Source: a virus | Virus record (IMG/VR): IMGVR_UViG_3300007511_000003 | Span: 104,901-168,900 of that record | DNA length: 64,000 nucleotides | Reading direction: 5' to 3' (one strand) | In this document: piece after piece, positions 42,729 to 53,453 of the stretch | How the letters are laid out: each line of letters begins with the position of its first letter | Numbering within the stretch: position 1 is the stretch's first letter | Translations under genes and position numbers: made by a program | Notes under the pieces: model-generated | Told to the model about the DNA's origin: nothing | Seen by the model: only the letters and a program-made list of their open reading frames with translations | Databases searched by the model: none

Positions 42729-45700
42729 TTTTCCTACCCTTGGTGGTGTGAGCGACAGCATCAGTAATGCCCTTGGAGGAGTCTTTGGGGAATCCTTCGG
42801 GGGTATCTTTGTTCCGGAGGCAGAAAAACTCCACCGACAACTCACCTCTGTAGTAGCCCGTCTAAAGACTACTGAAAAGTTTATCCAGGTTGATGCCGAA
42901 GCCAAGCTGACCTTAGAGCAAGAGTTGGCTACCGCTCGAGAGGACGACAACCAAGAACAAATCGACCTGTTAACTCGTCAGATGGAGGCGATGGAGCGCC
43001 TCCAAGAACTGATGGAGGACCAGGATGCTCAGTCCTACCAAGAGAAAGTCTTGGACCGCGAAGCCCTAAACGCGGAACAAGCAGCCGCCCTTATCACTCA
43101 CATGCGGCAGGTTTCAGAGAACATGGACGTTCTCCAAGATCGTATGGAAGGAAGCGGGGCCGACATCGTTGGGGCTTACCGTGATACCATCATGGACCAA
43201 CGTGTTGACAACGCCCACCGCATGACTATGCTTCAGGAACTTGTGTCGAATGTCAAAGAAACCGGCAAGTCTCCGGAAGTAGTAGCACAACTTGAACGAC
43301 TCTCACGCCAAAGCAACCTTACCGAAGCACAACTTGCTACTGTTGGGTCCACACTTGACGGGTACCAGAAACACCTCCAGGAGCTAGGGGGTATCCGGGA
43401 TCTGCAAGAACAGACACAAGCTTTGCTGGATAACCAAGATGTTGACGCAGGTGTACGACAACAACAGCTAGAACAATTTATTTCTCACTTATCAACTTTT
43501 GACGATTTTGGGTCTGAGGTCGCTTCTCTGCGGGATGCCACCAAAGATGGTGCCGATCTAAACAGAGAACAGTTGGAAGAAGTTCGGCGTGTGATGGACC
43601 GGGTATCCGATAAAACTACAGAGGCAAAAACCCTCCACAGTTTACGGGAACTCAATACCAACTTTGACCGCGCCATCATGACCAACGAGCAACTGTCAGA
43701 AGGTCTGACAGAGAATAAGCTCCAAGAAAAATTTAAGGCGAACCCCAGTTTGGTTGCTGAAGGCCGGGAGATGGCAAATACCGGCATGAGCTTGCTCTTG
43801 TCCCAGATCAGCCCCGCCCTCGGAATGGTTGATCAGGCCTTCGGAGGAGCCCTGTCCTCGATGTTAGAGGCCCTGCTTGCCTCTGCTGTAGGTAAGATCG
43901 GATCCGTCGTGGCAGCCCCTTTCAGGGGCATGGCTAACATGGTTACAAGTACGGTTAGCGGTATCTTGAGTCCTGTAAGGGATACTGCCACTGGGGCCTT
44001 CAGTTCCTTGACGGCTGGTGTCACTAATCGTGTAGGCATGGCCATGACGGCTATGAAAGATAAGCTCGCCCGTGGTGTTGGTTCTATGGTGGGTCACGTA
44101 CAAAATGGCTTAGGTAGCCTAGCCAACAGTCCGATGGTGACCTCGGCTTTCGATAGTATTAAAAACCTGGGCAACAAAGGTATGCTCAAGTTTGGGGAGA
44201 TGGTAGGACATGTCCAAGGGTTTGCCTCCAAAGGTATGACGGCTTTGGGTGGCCTTACTTCTCGCGTCACTTCCTCAATAGGGTCTCTCGTATCTTCGGG
44301 TACCGCCTCCCTATCAGGAATGGCTGGTCAAGCACGTACAACCTTCGGTTCCTTAACCTCCTCTGTTACGTCCACACTTGGAGGACTTGCAGCCAAAGGT
44401 AAAGCGAGTTTGGCAGGTCTTGCATCTTCTGGACGTGGTTCTCTTGGTCGCCTTGCTTCAAAAGGTGTTGCGTCTCTCTCAGGTCTAGCCTCAAAAGGCT
44501 TGGACCTTCTAGGTTCCTTAAAAGACAAAATGGGTGAACCAGCACTTCCAGGGGGAGGTGGTCCTCTTCGTAAGATCGGCAAAATGTTTGGGCCCGTTGG
44601 TAAGCTTTTAAGTAAAGCGGCCCCGCTTTTAAGTAAAGCGGCACCCATTGCTATGGCAGGCATGGCACTTGTTGACGGTGTTTCTGCCATCAGCAGATCT
44701 GCTGATATCTTTGGAAAAGCAGAAGGCGAAAAAACCTCCCTTGGTGAAGATATCTCCGCCGGTCTTGGTGGTGCCCTATCAGGTTTTACTATGGGGTTTA
44801 TCGGGGAAGATACGCTCGCCAAGGGTATTCATGGGGTTGGCTCTGCTGTTAGCGATGCCGTATCTGGTATTGGGAATGTCCTTACCTTTGGCCTTTTCAG
44901 TGACGATGATGGGGGTAAGGAGGATAAAAAGAAGAAAGAAAAAGAGGTACCGAAGGTAGAGCCTAAGTACGTGGAACCACCATCCCTTCTCAATCGTATG
45001 TCTTTCGGATTATTTGGGGATGACGGTACTACCGAGGAAGAAGCGAAGGCCGCCAAGAGAAAGGCTATTATTCCGGCTCAGGTAGATGGTGTGGCACCAG
45101 AGGAACAAAAAGCTCTGGTGGACACCCACATGCAGTCCTACATTTCAGATGCTGAAGTACCTGCTGGGGTAGCCGGAGACCAGTTTAAAACAAACCAGCT
45201 GGTATACGCCGAGCGATCTAATTGGGTATCTGAAGCCGAATCCGCCGACCTGCAACCTAACTTGATGGCTAAACGAAACTTTCGAGCTCAGATGACCAGC
45301 AAGGTACATGGTCAATGGGCACCTGAACAACAAACACAAGAATCGGAGGTAGCACAAGCGGAAGCCAAGGCAGTAGCAACGGTTCCAGCCGGAGCGGAAG
45401 AAGCCCCATCTATCTTGGACAAGGTGCTTGATGTCGCATCCATGGTATCCCCAATAGGTATCATAGGGAAAGGAATATCCGGCTTATTTGGAAAGGAAGA
45501 CCCTGCTGTTGTTGATCAAGCAGTACTAGGAGCCGAAGCACAAGAACAATCCTTGTTGTCTAAGGTAGGCAGTGCCGTGGCCTCCCTTACTCCATTCGGA
45601 TTAATCTCCAAAGGGCTAGGCGCCATCTTTGGGGATGACTCAGCCCCTGATCCGGTGGCCGCTGAAGCTGTAGCCCAGAGATCAGCCTCTGAGGCGTCGG

Positions 45701-48402
45701 CCTCTGCTAGTTCCTTGTTAGATAAAACTTGGGACGTAGTAAAATCTGTTTCTCCGATAGGATTTATTTCTAGTGCCCTTGGTGGTCTCTTTGGTGATGA
45801 TACTACCCCTGTTGATTCTGCTGTAGCGGGTGCCCAGGCAAAAGAGGCTTCTCTGTTATCTAAGGTAGGGGACGCGGTATCCTCGATTAATCCCTTTGGT
45901 TTGATTTCCAAAGGGCTAGGCGCCATCTTTGGTGATGACTCAGCCCCAACGCCAGATGAAACCAAGGCCGCCGTTCAAAGTGCCGCTGATAGGGCAATGT
46001 CGGCAGGGCAATCCTTGCTGACCGCCACTAAAAATATTGTAGACTCAGTACCTATCTTGAGTACTATTTCGTCAGGAATCTCCAGTTTATTTGGAGGAGA
46101 CGCCTCCGTGGCGTCTCCTGTTGGAGTAGCCCCTGGTGCTACGGTGCCCCCTCAGACTATTGAACAACACATGGACCAATGGGTGGCTTCTGCCGCGGTC
46201 CCTAACTCTGTTGTACAAGCCTCTGAGAATACTCATTACTCTTTTGTTGAAGCCCAGCGGGTACAATGGGTACAAGAGGTAACGTCTGCTATTAGTGCCC
46301 CTTCTGGCGAAGACCTGCAGATGTTTAGGCTCAAGTTCCTGAAACGTTTGCGGGACCTCAAAACAGATTGGATGAAAGGACGTGAATCAGAGGCTCGCTC
46401 TTTGGCGGCGGAAGTTTCTGCTCCTGTGGAGAGTGGTTTCCTCGCAGGGCTAGGAAACCTTTGGGATTCTGTAGCATCAACTGCTCAGAACGTGATACAA
46501 GTCGTGGCCCCGAAAGTACAGGCCGCAATCCCTGCTATTACGGCGGCCACTCAAAAAGGACTGGAGTCGGTGGCTCCTGGTGTGTCTCAAAAGATACAGT
46601 CTTTCACAGGAATCGACCAATCTACGATTAAAGGTACCGGGGGTACCCCTCCAGTGCCATCCGGTGCTATCACTTCCCCATCGTATGCCATGCCTCCAAC
46701 TACCATGGGAGGACCGGGCGCAGCCTCTGGTGGGCAGTCGATACCTACTGGTTCCGCAGGGTCCGTGCGGGCTCCGCAGGAAGCGACTCGGGCAGTACAA
46801 GAGCAAAAGATAGGAGATGCTACTCCTAAAGGTCCTACGGCCCAAGGAAGTACAAGACCTGTCGTGGCCTCGGCTCCGAGAATAACGGCTCCAACACCAC
46901 CTAGTACAACGACAAGGGTTGGGCCTGCCCCTGCTAAAGGTGGTGGAGGTTCGCCCGCACCGCCTAAGCCCCCAAAACCAGCGACACCCACAATCAAACT
47001 TCCATCGGGGCCTGTTCCGCCTTCCCCTGCTACTATGGCGGCAGCAGTAGGTCCTGCAAAACCAAAAGAAGGAGGTCTTTGGGGTGCCTTGAAGTCTGGT
47101 GCCTCTGCGGTGGCATCTGGGATCGGTTCGCTGTTCTTCGGAACAGCGGAAGCGGCGTCGGCTCCCACGACCAAGGGGTCTGCCCCTGCCCCTGGAAGTG
47201 CTGGTTCACCCACCAGCCAAGCACTTCCCGTGGTTGAGCCCGCCGCTATAACTACACCCGCACCTACTGCGTCTTCTACAGTCGTTCCTTCTGGTACTCC
47301 TATCCAACCTCCCGCGAGATCCACAAAACCGAAAGGTCAAGTTACAGGTGGGATGGCCGGTGTAAAGGCCATGATTAAACAGCACGAGGGCCTACGTCTT
47401 AACGTGTACAACGATAGTGTTGGTCTACCAACAATTGGGTACGGCCACCTCTTGCGCCCACACGAGAAACATCTAAGGTCCATCTCAATGCCCCAAGCGG
47501 ATGCCATGTTCGAGACGGACTTTACCCATCATAAAAAAGCCGCAGAACGGATTCCTGCTTTCCCCCAGATGAGTGAAGCTGGTCAGGGCGGACTTATTGA
47601 CCTAACATTCAACATGGGGCCTGCTTGGTACAAGAAGTGGCCTAACATGATGAGCCAACTCAAGAACGAAGATTACGAGGGCGCAGCCAATAATCTACTG
47701 GACTCAAAGTACGCTCGACAGGTACATGGACGTGCCAACACTGTGGCATCCTTGATACGGGCAGGGGGTGACGGATCCCCATCGGCAGATTCAGGTCCTC
47801 CTCCCGAGACATCAGCTGCTATTGGTGAATCGGTATCTGCAGCTGTGCCCACAGGGGGTCCTCCAGCGGGATCTGGTGGCGGAGGGGCGCCAACATCGCC
47901 TCAGGTCCCTGAAGTGCCTGGAGCGGCCTCTCCAAGGGCAGGAGGTGGTGCTATCCCGACAGGCGGAGCCATCATAAACGGTTCGACAGTTCCTGCAGGG
48001 CTTGGCCTTCCTTCTGTCCGCAGTGGTACCCAAGGTGAATCTCCTGGCTCTCGGGCAGGGTTCCCTTCCGTTCGTCGTGGTCGTAGGGGAGGTAAAGCGG
48101 CTCCCGCCCGTGGAAGAATTCGTGAACGCCAACGACCTTCCGTAGTATCGGGTGTGACCCAACCAGCACCGAATCCGTCTGCTGTGTTGGCAGAAGCAAC
48201 ATCCGCCAATAATTTACTTATGAGTGAACCCCGGGCCAAAAAAGAGGCCCGTGTTGCTTCGGGTGGTCCACCTCGTGGTGGAGGTGGTGCGGCTCCTGCT
48301 CCAACTGATGCTCGCGGTGGCAAAGGTGGGGGTGGTTCACCAGAAAAGAAAACATCCATCGACGACCCCTTGTTGATGCTGGCTTCTATGGAGTTATTTT
48401 AA
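42721..48402 (+). CDS. Tape measure protein with GH24 (T4-type) lysozyme domain
   Basis: 1893 aa; coiled coil, G/S/A repeats; HEGLRLNVYNDSVGLPTIGYGH (E-D-T triad) at ~47371-47760. Confidence 0.88.
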   Translation: MADFPTLGGVSDSISNALGGVFGESFGGIFVPEAEKLHRQLTSVVARLKTTEKFIQVDAEAKLTLEQELATAREDDNQEQIDLLTRQMEAMERLQELMEDQDAQSYQEKVLDREALNAEQAAALITHMRQVSENMDVLQDRMEGSGADIVGAYRDTIMDQRVDNAHRMTMLQELVSNVKETGKSPEVVAQLERLSRQSNLTEAQLATVGSTLDGYQKHLQELGGIRDLQEQTQALLDNQDVDAGVRQQQLEQFISHLSTFDDFGSEVASLRDATKDGADLNREQLEEVRRVMDRVSDKTTEAKTLHSLRELNTNFDRAIMTNEQLSEGLTENKLQEKFKANPSLVAEGREMANTGMSLLLSQISPALGMVDQAFGGALSSMLEALLASAVGKIGSVVAAPFRGMANMVTSTVSGILSPVRDTATGAFSSLTAGVTNRVGMAMTAMKDKLARGVGSMVGHVQNGLGSLANSPMVTSAFDSIKNLGNKGMLKFGEMVGHVQGFASKGMTALGGLTSRVTSSIGSLVSSGTASLSGMAGQARTTFGSLTSSVTSTLGGLAAKGKASLAGLASSGRGSLGRLASKGVASLSGLASKGLDLLGSLKDKMGEPALPGGGGPLRKIGKMFGPVGKLLSKAAPLLSKAAPIAMAGMALVDGVSAISRSADIFGKAEGEKTSLGEDISAGLGGALSGFTMGFIGEDTLAKGIHGVGSAVSDAVSGIGNVLTFGLFSDDDGGKEDKKKKEKEVPKVEPKYVEPPSLLNRMSFGLFGDDGTTEEEAKAAKRKAIIPAQVDGVAPEEQKALVDTHMQSYISDAEVPAGVAGDQFKTNQLVYAERSNWVSEAESADLQPNLMAKRNFRAQMTSKVHGQWAPEQQTQESEVAQAEAKAVATVPAGAEEAPSILDKVLDVASMVSPIGIIGKGISGLFGKEDPAVVDQAVLGAEAQEQSLLSKVGSAVASLTPFGLISKGLGAIFGDDSAPDPVAAEAVAQRSASEASASASSLLDKTWDVVKSVSPIGFISSALGGLFGDDTTPVDSAVAGAQAKEASLLSKVGDAVSSINPFGLISKGLGAIFGDDSAPTPDETKAAVQSAADRAMSAGQSLLTATKNIVDSVPILSTISSGISSLFGGDASVASPVGVAPGATVPPQTIEQHMDQWVASAAVPNSVVQASENTHYSFVEAQRVQWVQEVTSAISAPSGEDLQMFRLKFLKRLRDLKTDWMKGRESEARSLAAEVSAPVESGFLAGLGNLWDSVASTAQNVIQVVAPKVQAAIPAITAATQKGLESVAPGVSQKIQSFTGIDQSTIKGTGGTPPVPSGAITSPSYAMPPTTMGGPGAASGGQSIPTGSAGSVRAPQEATRAVQEQKIGDATPKGPTAQGSTRPVVASAPRITAPTPPSTTTRVGPAPAKGGGGSPAPPKPPKPATPTIKLPSGPVPPSPATMAAAVGPAKPKEGGLWGALKSGASAVASGIGSLFFGTAEAASAPTTKGSAPAPGSAGSPTSQALPVVEPAAITTPAPTASSTVVPSGTPIQPPARSTKPKGQVTGGMAGVKAMIKQHEGLRLNVYNDSVGLPTIGYGHLLRPHEKHLRSISMPQADAMFETDFTHHKKAAERIPAFPQMSEAGQGGLIDLTFNMGPAWYKKWPNMMSQLKNEDYEGAANNLLDSKYARQVHGRANTVASLIRAGGDGSPSADSGPPPETSAAIGESVSAAVPTGGPPAGSGGGGAPTSPQVPEVPGAASPRAGGGAIPTGGAIINGSTVPAGLGLPSVRSGTQGESPGSRAGFPSVRRGRRGGKAAPARGRIRERQRPSVVSGVTQPAPNPSAVLAEATSANNLLMSEPRAKKEARVASGGPPRGGGGAAPAPTDARGGKGGGGSPEKKTSIDDPLLMLASMELF

Positions 48403-49067
48403 TGCCCTCAGTTATAGCCATTGATGCAGTTCGGCAGGATCCGAATTCTCAAATCCGATTGACCTCTGAAGACGGTGCCGTCCCTTCGATCATTGGGTTT
48501 ATTACCGATGATATGCAGGTATCAGGTGCCGCTGAGTACAACGCTCCTTTTGAAACAGCGATGGCTAAGCAGAGCATACGATTAAACGCGCTCACCACCT
48601 TGGCCAACGACTGGTTCGGTGCTAAGATTCCACAGATGCAACTCAAGTCACGGGCTCATACTGTGAACATGTGGGTGTCCTCGCAACGTCCTAGCTTCCT
48701 GGTGTCTTTCTTATACCCGGCTCTTCGTGAAGGGGAAGACATTGTGGACAACGTAAAGTATCTGGTGGGTGCTACCTACCCGGATGCCGAAGATGGTGCC
48801 ATGACCACCTTGTTGGAAGCACCTAACGGCTACGCTGTAGGCGCTGGCGGGGCTCAAGACTTGACAACTGGTACCTCCCTGGCAGGTACTTGGATGTTGG
48901 AATATGGCCGGTGGTTCCGGGCAACCAACCTGGTCTTACGCTCTGCTTCTGCTACCATGTCCAAAGAGATTACTCCTTATTCCGGGCCTCTCTACGCCAA
49001 GATTGACGTGACGCTTGAACCCTACAGGTTGATTTCAGCAGAAGAATTCCATGACTACTTCCTGTAG
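48402..49067 (+). CDS. Baseplate-tube junction protein (gp48-like)
   Basis: Position after the tape measure; tube-like fold pattern. Confidence 0.55.
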   Translation: MPSVIAIDAVRQDPNSQIRLTSEDGAVPSIIGFITDDMQVSGAAEYNAPFETAMAKQSIRLNALTTLANDWFGAKIPQMQLKSRAHTVNMWVSSQRPSFLVSFLYPALREGEDIVDNVKYLVGATYPDAEDGAMTTLLEAPNGYAVGAGGAQDLTTGTSLAGTWMLEYGRWFRATNLVLRSASATMSKEITPYSGPLYAKIDVTLEPYRLISAEEFHDYFL

Positions 49068-49075
49068 GAGCCTAC

Positions 49076-49465
49076 ATGTTTTTCTTTGATCCTGATGTTG
49101 AGTCTGCCGATCGTTATGACCTATCCAAGTTTATGGCCTGGCGCGAGGACACCTACGATTTCCTTGACAGCCTATTCCTAGAACAGTTACGGTTGATCCC
49201 CCATAGGGGAGAGTTCATCATTCAAAACGAGGAACGTAGGCCCGACCTGATTGCTTGGAAGGTGTACAGGGACGTTCGGTACTGGTGGCTTATTCTACAC
49301 TATAATGATATCCCTGACCATGAAGAGCTCTTGTCTGGCATGGTTCTCAAACTCCCCTCTATCTCGGATGTAGAAGACCTGTATTTCAGGCTCCGCGCTC
49401 TTGAACGGTCTGCCGAAAGGTCAGGGGCTGTTAACCTTCCAACACTTGTGGTGACAGCAGGATGA
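49076..49465 (+). CDS. Baseplate wedge protein gp53-like (LysM-like)
   Basis: RPDLIAWKVY....WWLILHYN.I.D...L..G.VLKLP. Confidence 0.85.
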   Translation: MFFFDPDVESADRYDLSKFMAWREDTYDFLDSLFLEQLRLIPHRGEFIIQNEERRPDLIAWKVYRDVRYWWLILHYNDIPDHEELLSGMVLKLPSISDVEDLYFRLRALERSAERSGAVNLPTLVVTAG

Positions 49466-50589
49466 TAGGCGTTGATGGCCAATACTTACTTTCATTCTCT
49501 CTTGGGGGCTTAACGGATTTCCTCGAGGAAGAGGACATCATTGACTTTGTCCTCATCGAGGATGCAGGTAACATCCTACCTACCTTTGAACTTAAGGTCC
49601 TGATTCGTGATCAATCGGTGATCTCCAAGTTTAACGAAGGTAACGTCATGAGTCTTTCATTTGGTGCCACCAAGGACGCCATGATTGACACCAGGCTAGT
49701 TATCTTTCGGTCGAATGTAACTCGTGCTGGTAAAGGTTCCTACACGTTGGTCATTCGCGGTATGTATGATGCCATCCCTTACATCTCGGATCCCAAGCTC
49801 AAGACGCACGATGCCAAGTCAGCAGTGGAAACCATCCAGGCTGTAGTGGGTTCTCACTTCACGCCAGACATTGATCCTGGTACTTCCTCCGATAGCCAGC
49901 AATGGTGGCAGTTTAATACCTCGGATAAAAAATTTGTTTCCGACTGTTGGATGCGTACCGATTTTCCCAACTCCTTCCCCCTTATTGGTATCTCCAGTGA
50001 TGGTAAGTTTCGTATGCGGGATGCCAAGCAAGCGGCAGGTCAATCTCCCGCTTACACATTCTCCTACGACCCAAAAGGACCTAAAGAAATAGGCATCGAA
50101 GGCGACTATTTTGCGGACTCCAATACGGGGTTTATGAATCTCTGGAAGGGATATGGAGAAGACCGCTTGATCTACGACATTGAAGCCGGTACCTCTAGTA
50201 CCGTGTCAGAAGAAGCGGAGCCTGTACTAGCCCTATCTAGTAGCCTAAACCGAAAGTCTGGTATGGGTAAACGAGTAGGGCAGATCGCGTTCAACAGTGA
50301 AAACGTGCACAACAATTACTTCGCAGCACAGAACCGTAACCAAATGAACCTAGCGGTATTCAGCTCTGCTAAGGTAACGTTCTCTTTTAGCAGTGCATTA
50401 CTCCCGGTACGGGTACTAGACCTTATTATGTTCAAGGATGACAAACCAAACAAAGCAGAAGCCGCCGATCATTACACAGGTCTTTGGTTTGTTACCAAGG
50501 TAAGTCGATCGGCTGGAGCCAAGCAGTTTACCACCCTATTGGAGGTGTGTCGTGAGGGCTTCAGCGATACCCAAGGGAGCTTCAAATAA
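49462..50589 (+). CDS. Baseplate hub protein (gp27-like)
   Basis: Size, position, C-terminal YTGLWFVTKV...FTTLLEV.R. Confidence 0.7.
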   Translation: MIGVDGQYLLSFSLGGLTDFLEEEDIIDFVLIEDAGNILPTFELKVLIRDQSVISKFNEGNVMSLSFGATKDAMIDTRLVIFRSNVTRAGKGSYTLVIRGMYDAIPYISDPKLKTHDAKSAVETIQAVVGSHFTPDIDPGTSSDSQQWWQFNTSDKKFVSDCWMRTDFPNSFPLIGISSDGKFRMRDAKQAAGQSPAYTFSYDPKGPKEIGIEGDYFADSNTGFMNLWKGYGEDRLIYDIEAGTSSTVSEEAEPVLALSSSLNRKSGMGKRVGQIAFNSENVHNNYFAAQNRNQMNLAVFSSAKVTFSFSSALLPVRVLDLIMFKDDKPNKAEAADHYTGLWFVTKVSRSAGAKQFTTLLEVCREGFSDTQGSFK

Positions 50590-51341
50590 TGTCCATGTTC
50601 AAGATTGGAGAGCACATCAAAAAGCCGAACCTGTTATCGGTTCCCCACATGGGCACAGTGGTAGACAACATGGATCCGAAGAAGCTGGGTCGGGTGAAGT
50701 GTACGATTCCGACTATCATGGATGGCGCTCCAGATAAATTACCTTGGATCTATCCGATGGCGCCTATCGGGCTTGGTGGAAGCCTTGAGAGCTGCACCTT
50801 TTCTGTACCTGAGATGGACTCACGGTTGACCATAGTGTTTCCTTTCGATGACGTTCATGCTCCATTTTATATTGGATACTGGCGGTCTGAGAAGACACAA
50901 CCACATGAAACGTTTGATGAGAGCGAGGAAGGTGCCAAGTACCCAGAGATTTATGGGCACATCAACAGCAAAGGGGATTGGTTCCTGATTGCCAAGGACC
51001 AAGAATGGATGAAAGCCTACCACCATACTGGTACCTTTATTAAAGTAGACAAGTATGGTGACGTGTACATCGAGCAGGTTCGTGACATGTACATGGAAAA
51101 CGCTCGTGACATATTTATTGAGAATGGGCGAGACATCCAGATTGGGAATGGTCGGGATATTGTTCTGTCCAATGGGAATGACATCGACATTGTTAATGGT
51201 AACAACATCACCATTAACAACGGAACGGACATCAACATTGACACTGGTGGAAACGTCACGATTAACGTTGGAGGTAATGTCGATTTGACGGCTGGCGGTA
51301 ACGTGCGGGTGACCGCCGCCATGATTTTTCAAAATTCGTAG
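50589..51341 (+). CDS. Central spike protein (gp5/VgrG-like)
   Basis: GTVVDNMDPKKLGRVK OB-fold motif and 8-residue beta-helix repeats. Confidence 0.88.
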   Translation: MSMFKIGEHIKKPNLLSVPHMGTVVDNMDPKKLGRVKCTIPTIMDGAPDKLPWIYPMAPIGLGGSLESCTFSVPEMDSRLTIVFPFDDVHAPFYIGYWRSEKTQPHETFDESEEGAKYPEIYGHINSKGDWFLIAKDQEWMKAYHHTGTFIKVDKYGDVYIEQVRDMYMENARDIFIENGRDIQIGNGRDIVLSNGNDIDIVNGNNITINNGTDINIDTGGNVTINVGGNVDLTAGGNVRVTAAMIFQNS

Positions 51342-51350
51342 GAGCCGGTA

Positions 51351-51656
51351 GTGCCAAATGATAGTCGTATTAGTGACATTGGGGTAGGGATTTGCTGTTG
51401 CCATTGTCCTGCCTGCTGTATTGGAATGTCAGGACATCTTATTACAGGGGCTTCCACCGTTATCTACGAGGGGATGCCGACCTCTCGGTTGACAGATATC
51501 GTGCTGGGCTTCTGTGGTCACACAGGTACAATGGTAACGAGTAGTACCACGGTTATAGTGGAGGGCTTGGGTACTGTTCGTATAGGGGACAATTTTGAGG
51601 GGTGCTTTACAGGTGTACTTGTGACAGGGGCCTCTACAATCATTTCGGGAGGGTAG
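51351..51656 (+). CDS. PAAR-like spike tip protein
   Basis: SRISD, SRLTD and VRIGD repeats, CGH; follows the spike. Confidence 0.8.
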   Translation: MPNDSRISDIGVGICCCHCPACCIGMSGHLITGASTVIYEGMPTSRLTDIVLGFCGHTGTMVTSSTTVIVEGLGTVRIGDNFEGCFTGVLVTGASTIISGG

Positions 51657-51657
51657 T

Positions 51658-53058
51658 ATGTTACGCGGAGCCGATAACTGGGTTAACGCCCATGATTACT
51701 TAAAGAACCAGATTTTGATTTATAATTACCTGGATGAGGAGCAACGTCATAAGGTCATGATGAAGTTTTGGATCCTGGATGGTGTTATTTTAATAGAGGA
51801 TGGAGGCGAAGGTATAGACACGGATGTAATGTCTCCTATGAACCATGTGAAGAGCCTCCTGAATGAGTTAAAGTTCCTTGATCGGTACATTCGCACCAAG
51901 GATGGTCTCTTGCTTTTTGGTGAGGAACCGTTTGATCTGATGGTGTCCAAGCGTGAAGCAAACATGGCGAAATGGGTTACAGACCCTTACCTGCCTTCTT
52001 GTCAGATTGTGGTAGGGGACGACGGGCTCCCACGGGTTGTTGAAGGTTCTTGTCGGAATAAATACGACTACGAGATGCCCTTTAATAGCCGACCAACTTT
52101 ATTAACCTCTGAGCAGTTCGAAGAGTTATACCAATTGTTCAAGGTAAAGCAAGAGGCTGGTGAATTGTCTACTGCTTTTGATATCATGGTCAGCCTAACC
52201 GATTACAATTTGGACCAGGAGGCATTCTCCACAGAGACCGCCATTAATGGTTATGGGGTTAAAGAAGGAACCTTTGAAGAGTCGGCAGTCGCTGGTCAAA
52301 AGAAAGCCATGGGGATCGACTATAACGTGGTTCGCGAGATGCAAAGGATTCATGAGGAACTATGGCCCTACATACAAAATTTGAATCCGCCATCACCTAC
52401 GCCCCCACCCGCTGAGCTTATTGACACCGACGCCGAGCCAGACCCTGAAACTGGTGAACTACCAATGAAGCCTAACCCGCTCTCTTGGCCCTCCAGTGTC
52501 GTGGCTATCGCAGGGTTTCCACAGAATAGGGTACAAATCGAAGCTCTGGGAGGTGAAGGCCCTTCGCACAAAGGTATCATACCTGTTGGGGGTGGTTACC
52601 TTTTCCGCTTCCTAAACGTTGACGGTACTGTGAATACCACTATTCCCGACCCATCAGCGGAACCCCCAATTGATTATCTGGATGCTGGTATCCAATACGG
52701 GGATGTTGAGTGGGACGTCTCCAATTTTTCTTGGGTGCACTATTATATCGAAACAGACGATGATGAAGGTACAGAGGAATCCCACCTACATAAGTTAAGC
52801 AGTGGAGACTTTACAGGGTTCCCTCATGGGGCAGATACTCCTGGGGCAGGCACCCAAGAAAGGTTCCTCTCACTCGCCGAGCGTTGGGCTAATTTGAATG
52901 ATATACGAGAGAACCGTATACAACAGACAGGCACGCGTGTAACGGTGGAAAGTCAGTGGAAGATACTGTCTGACCATATACGCTATTTGGAGACCATTAA
53001 GGACCAGAAACAACAGTATGGTGACACCTTGAAGGAGATTTGTCCGGAGTTTACCTAA
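51658..53058 (+). CDS. Hypothetical baseplate-region protein
   Basis: 466-aa acidic ORF between PAAR and gp25. Confidence 0.7.
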   Translation: MLRGADNWVNAHDYLKNQILIYNYLDEEQRHKVMMKFWILDGVILIEDGGEGIDTDVMSPMNHVKSLLNELKFLDRYIRTKDGLLLFGEEPFDLMVSKREANMAKWVTDPYLPSCQIVVGDDGLPRVVEGSCRNKYDYEMPFNSRPTLLTSEQFEELYQLFKVKQEAGELSTAFDIMVSLTDYNLDQEAFSTETAINGYGVKEGTFEESAVAGQKKAMGIDYNVVREMQRIHEELWPYIQNLNPPSPTPPPAELIDTDAEPDPETGELPMKPNPLSWPSSVVAIAGFPQNRVQIEALGGEGPSHKGIIPVGGGYLFRFLNVDGTVNTTIPDPSAEPPIDYLDAGIQYGDVEWDVSNFSWVHYYIETDDDEGTEESHLHKLSSGDFTGFPHGADTPGAGTQERFLSLAERWANLNDIRENRIQQTGTRVTVESQWKILSDHIRYLETIKDQKQQYGDTLKEICPEFT

Positions 53059-53453
53059 TGACCATATATTCTGACATGAACCAATATAAGTTTGGGCCGC
53101 AGATTAAGCCCATGCTTCATGACGTGGAGCCGGTTTACCAGTCTATTAATAATATTCTGGCGACTGATCCTGGCGAACGTCTCATGAATCCTGAGTTTGG
53201 ATCGCGTTTGCGCGACTTGTTAATGCAACCGATTGATGCCATTACTACGAGTGAAATCTATGCCGCTGTGGTTCAGGCAATCAAGCGTTGGGAGCCGAGG
53301 GTAATTTTAATTCATGCGAAGTCGAAGGTGGTGGCGTTCCCTGATGAAAATCGGTACGAGGTCCAACTCTATTTCAAAATCCGAGGCATTGAAGGCCAGG
53401 TGTTCGATTACATTGGGTCCGCAGTGAAGCTTGGGAAAACGGCGGTGTTTTAA
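53058..53453 (+). CDS. Baseplate gp25-like protein
   Basis: SINNILAT.PGERLMNPEFGS...WEPRV. Confidence 0.92.
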   Translation: MTIYSDMNQYKFGPQIKPMLHDVEPVYQSINNILATDPGERLMNPEFGSRLRDLLMQPIDAITTSEIYAAVVQAIKRWEPRVILIHAKSKVVAFPDENRYEVQLYFKIRGIEGQVFDYIGSAVKLGKTAVF

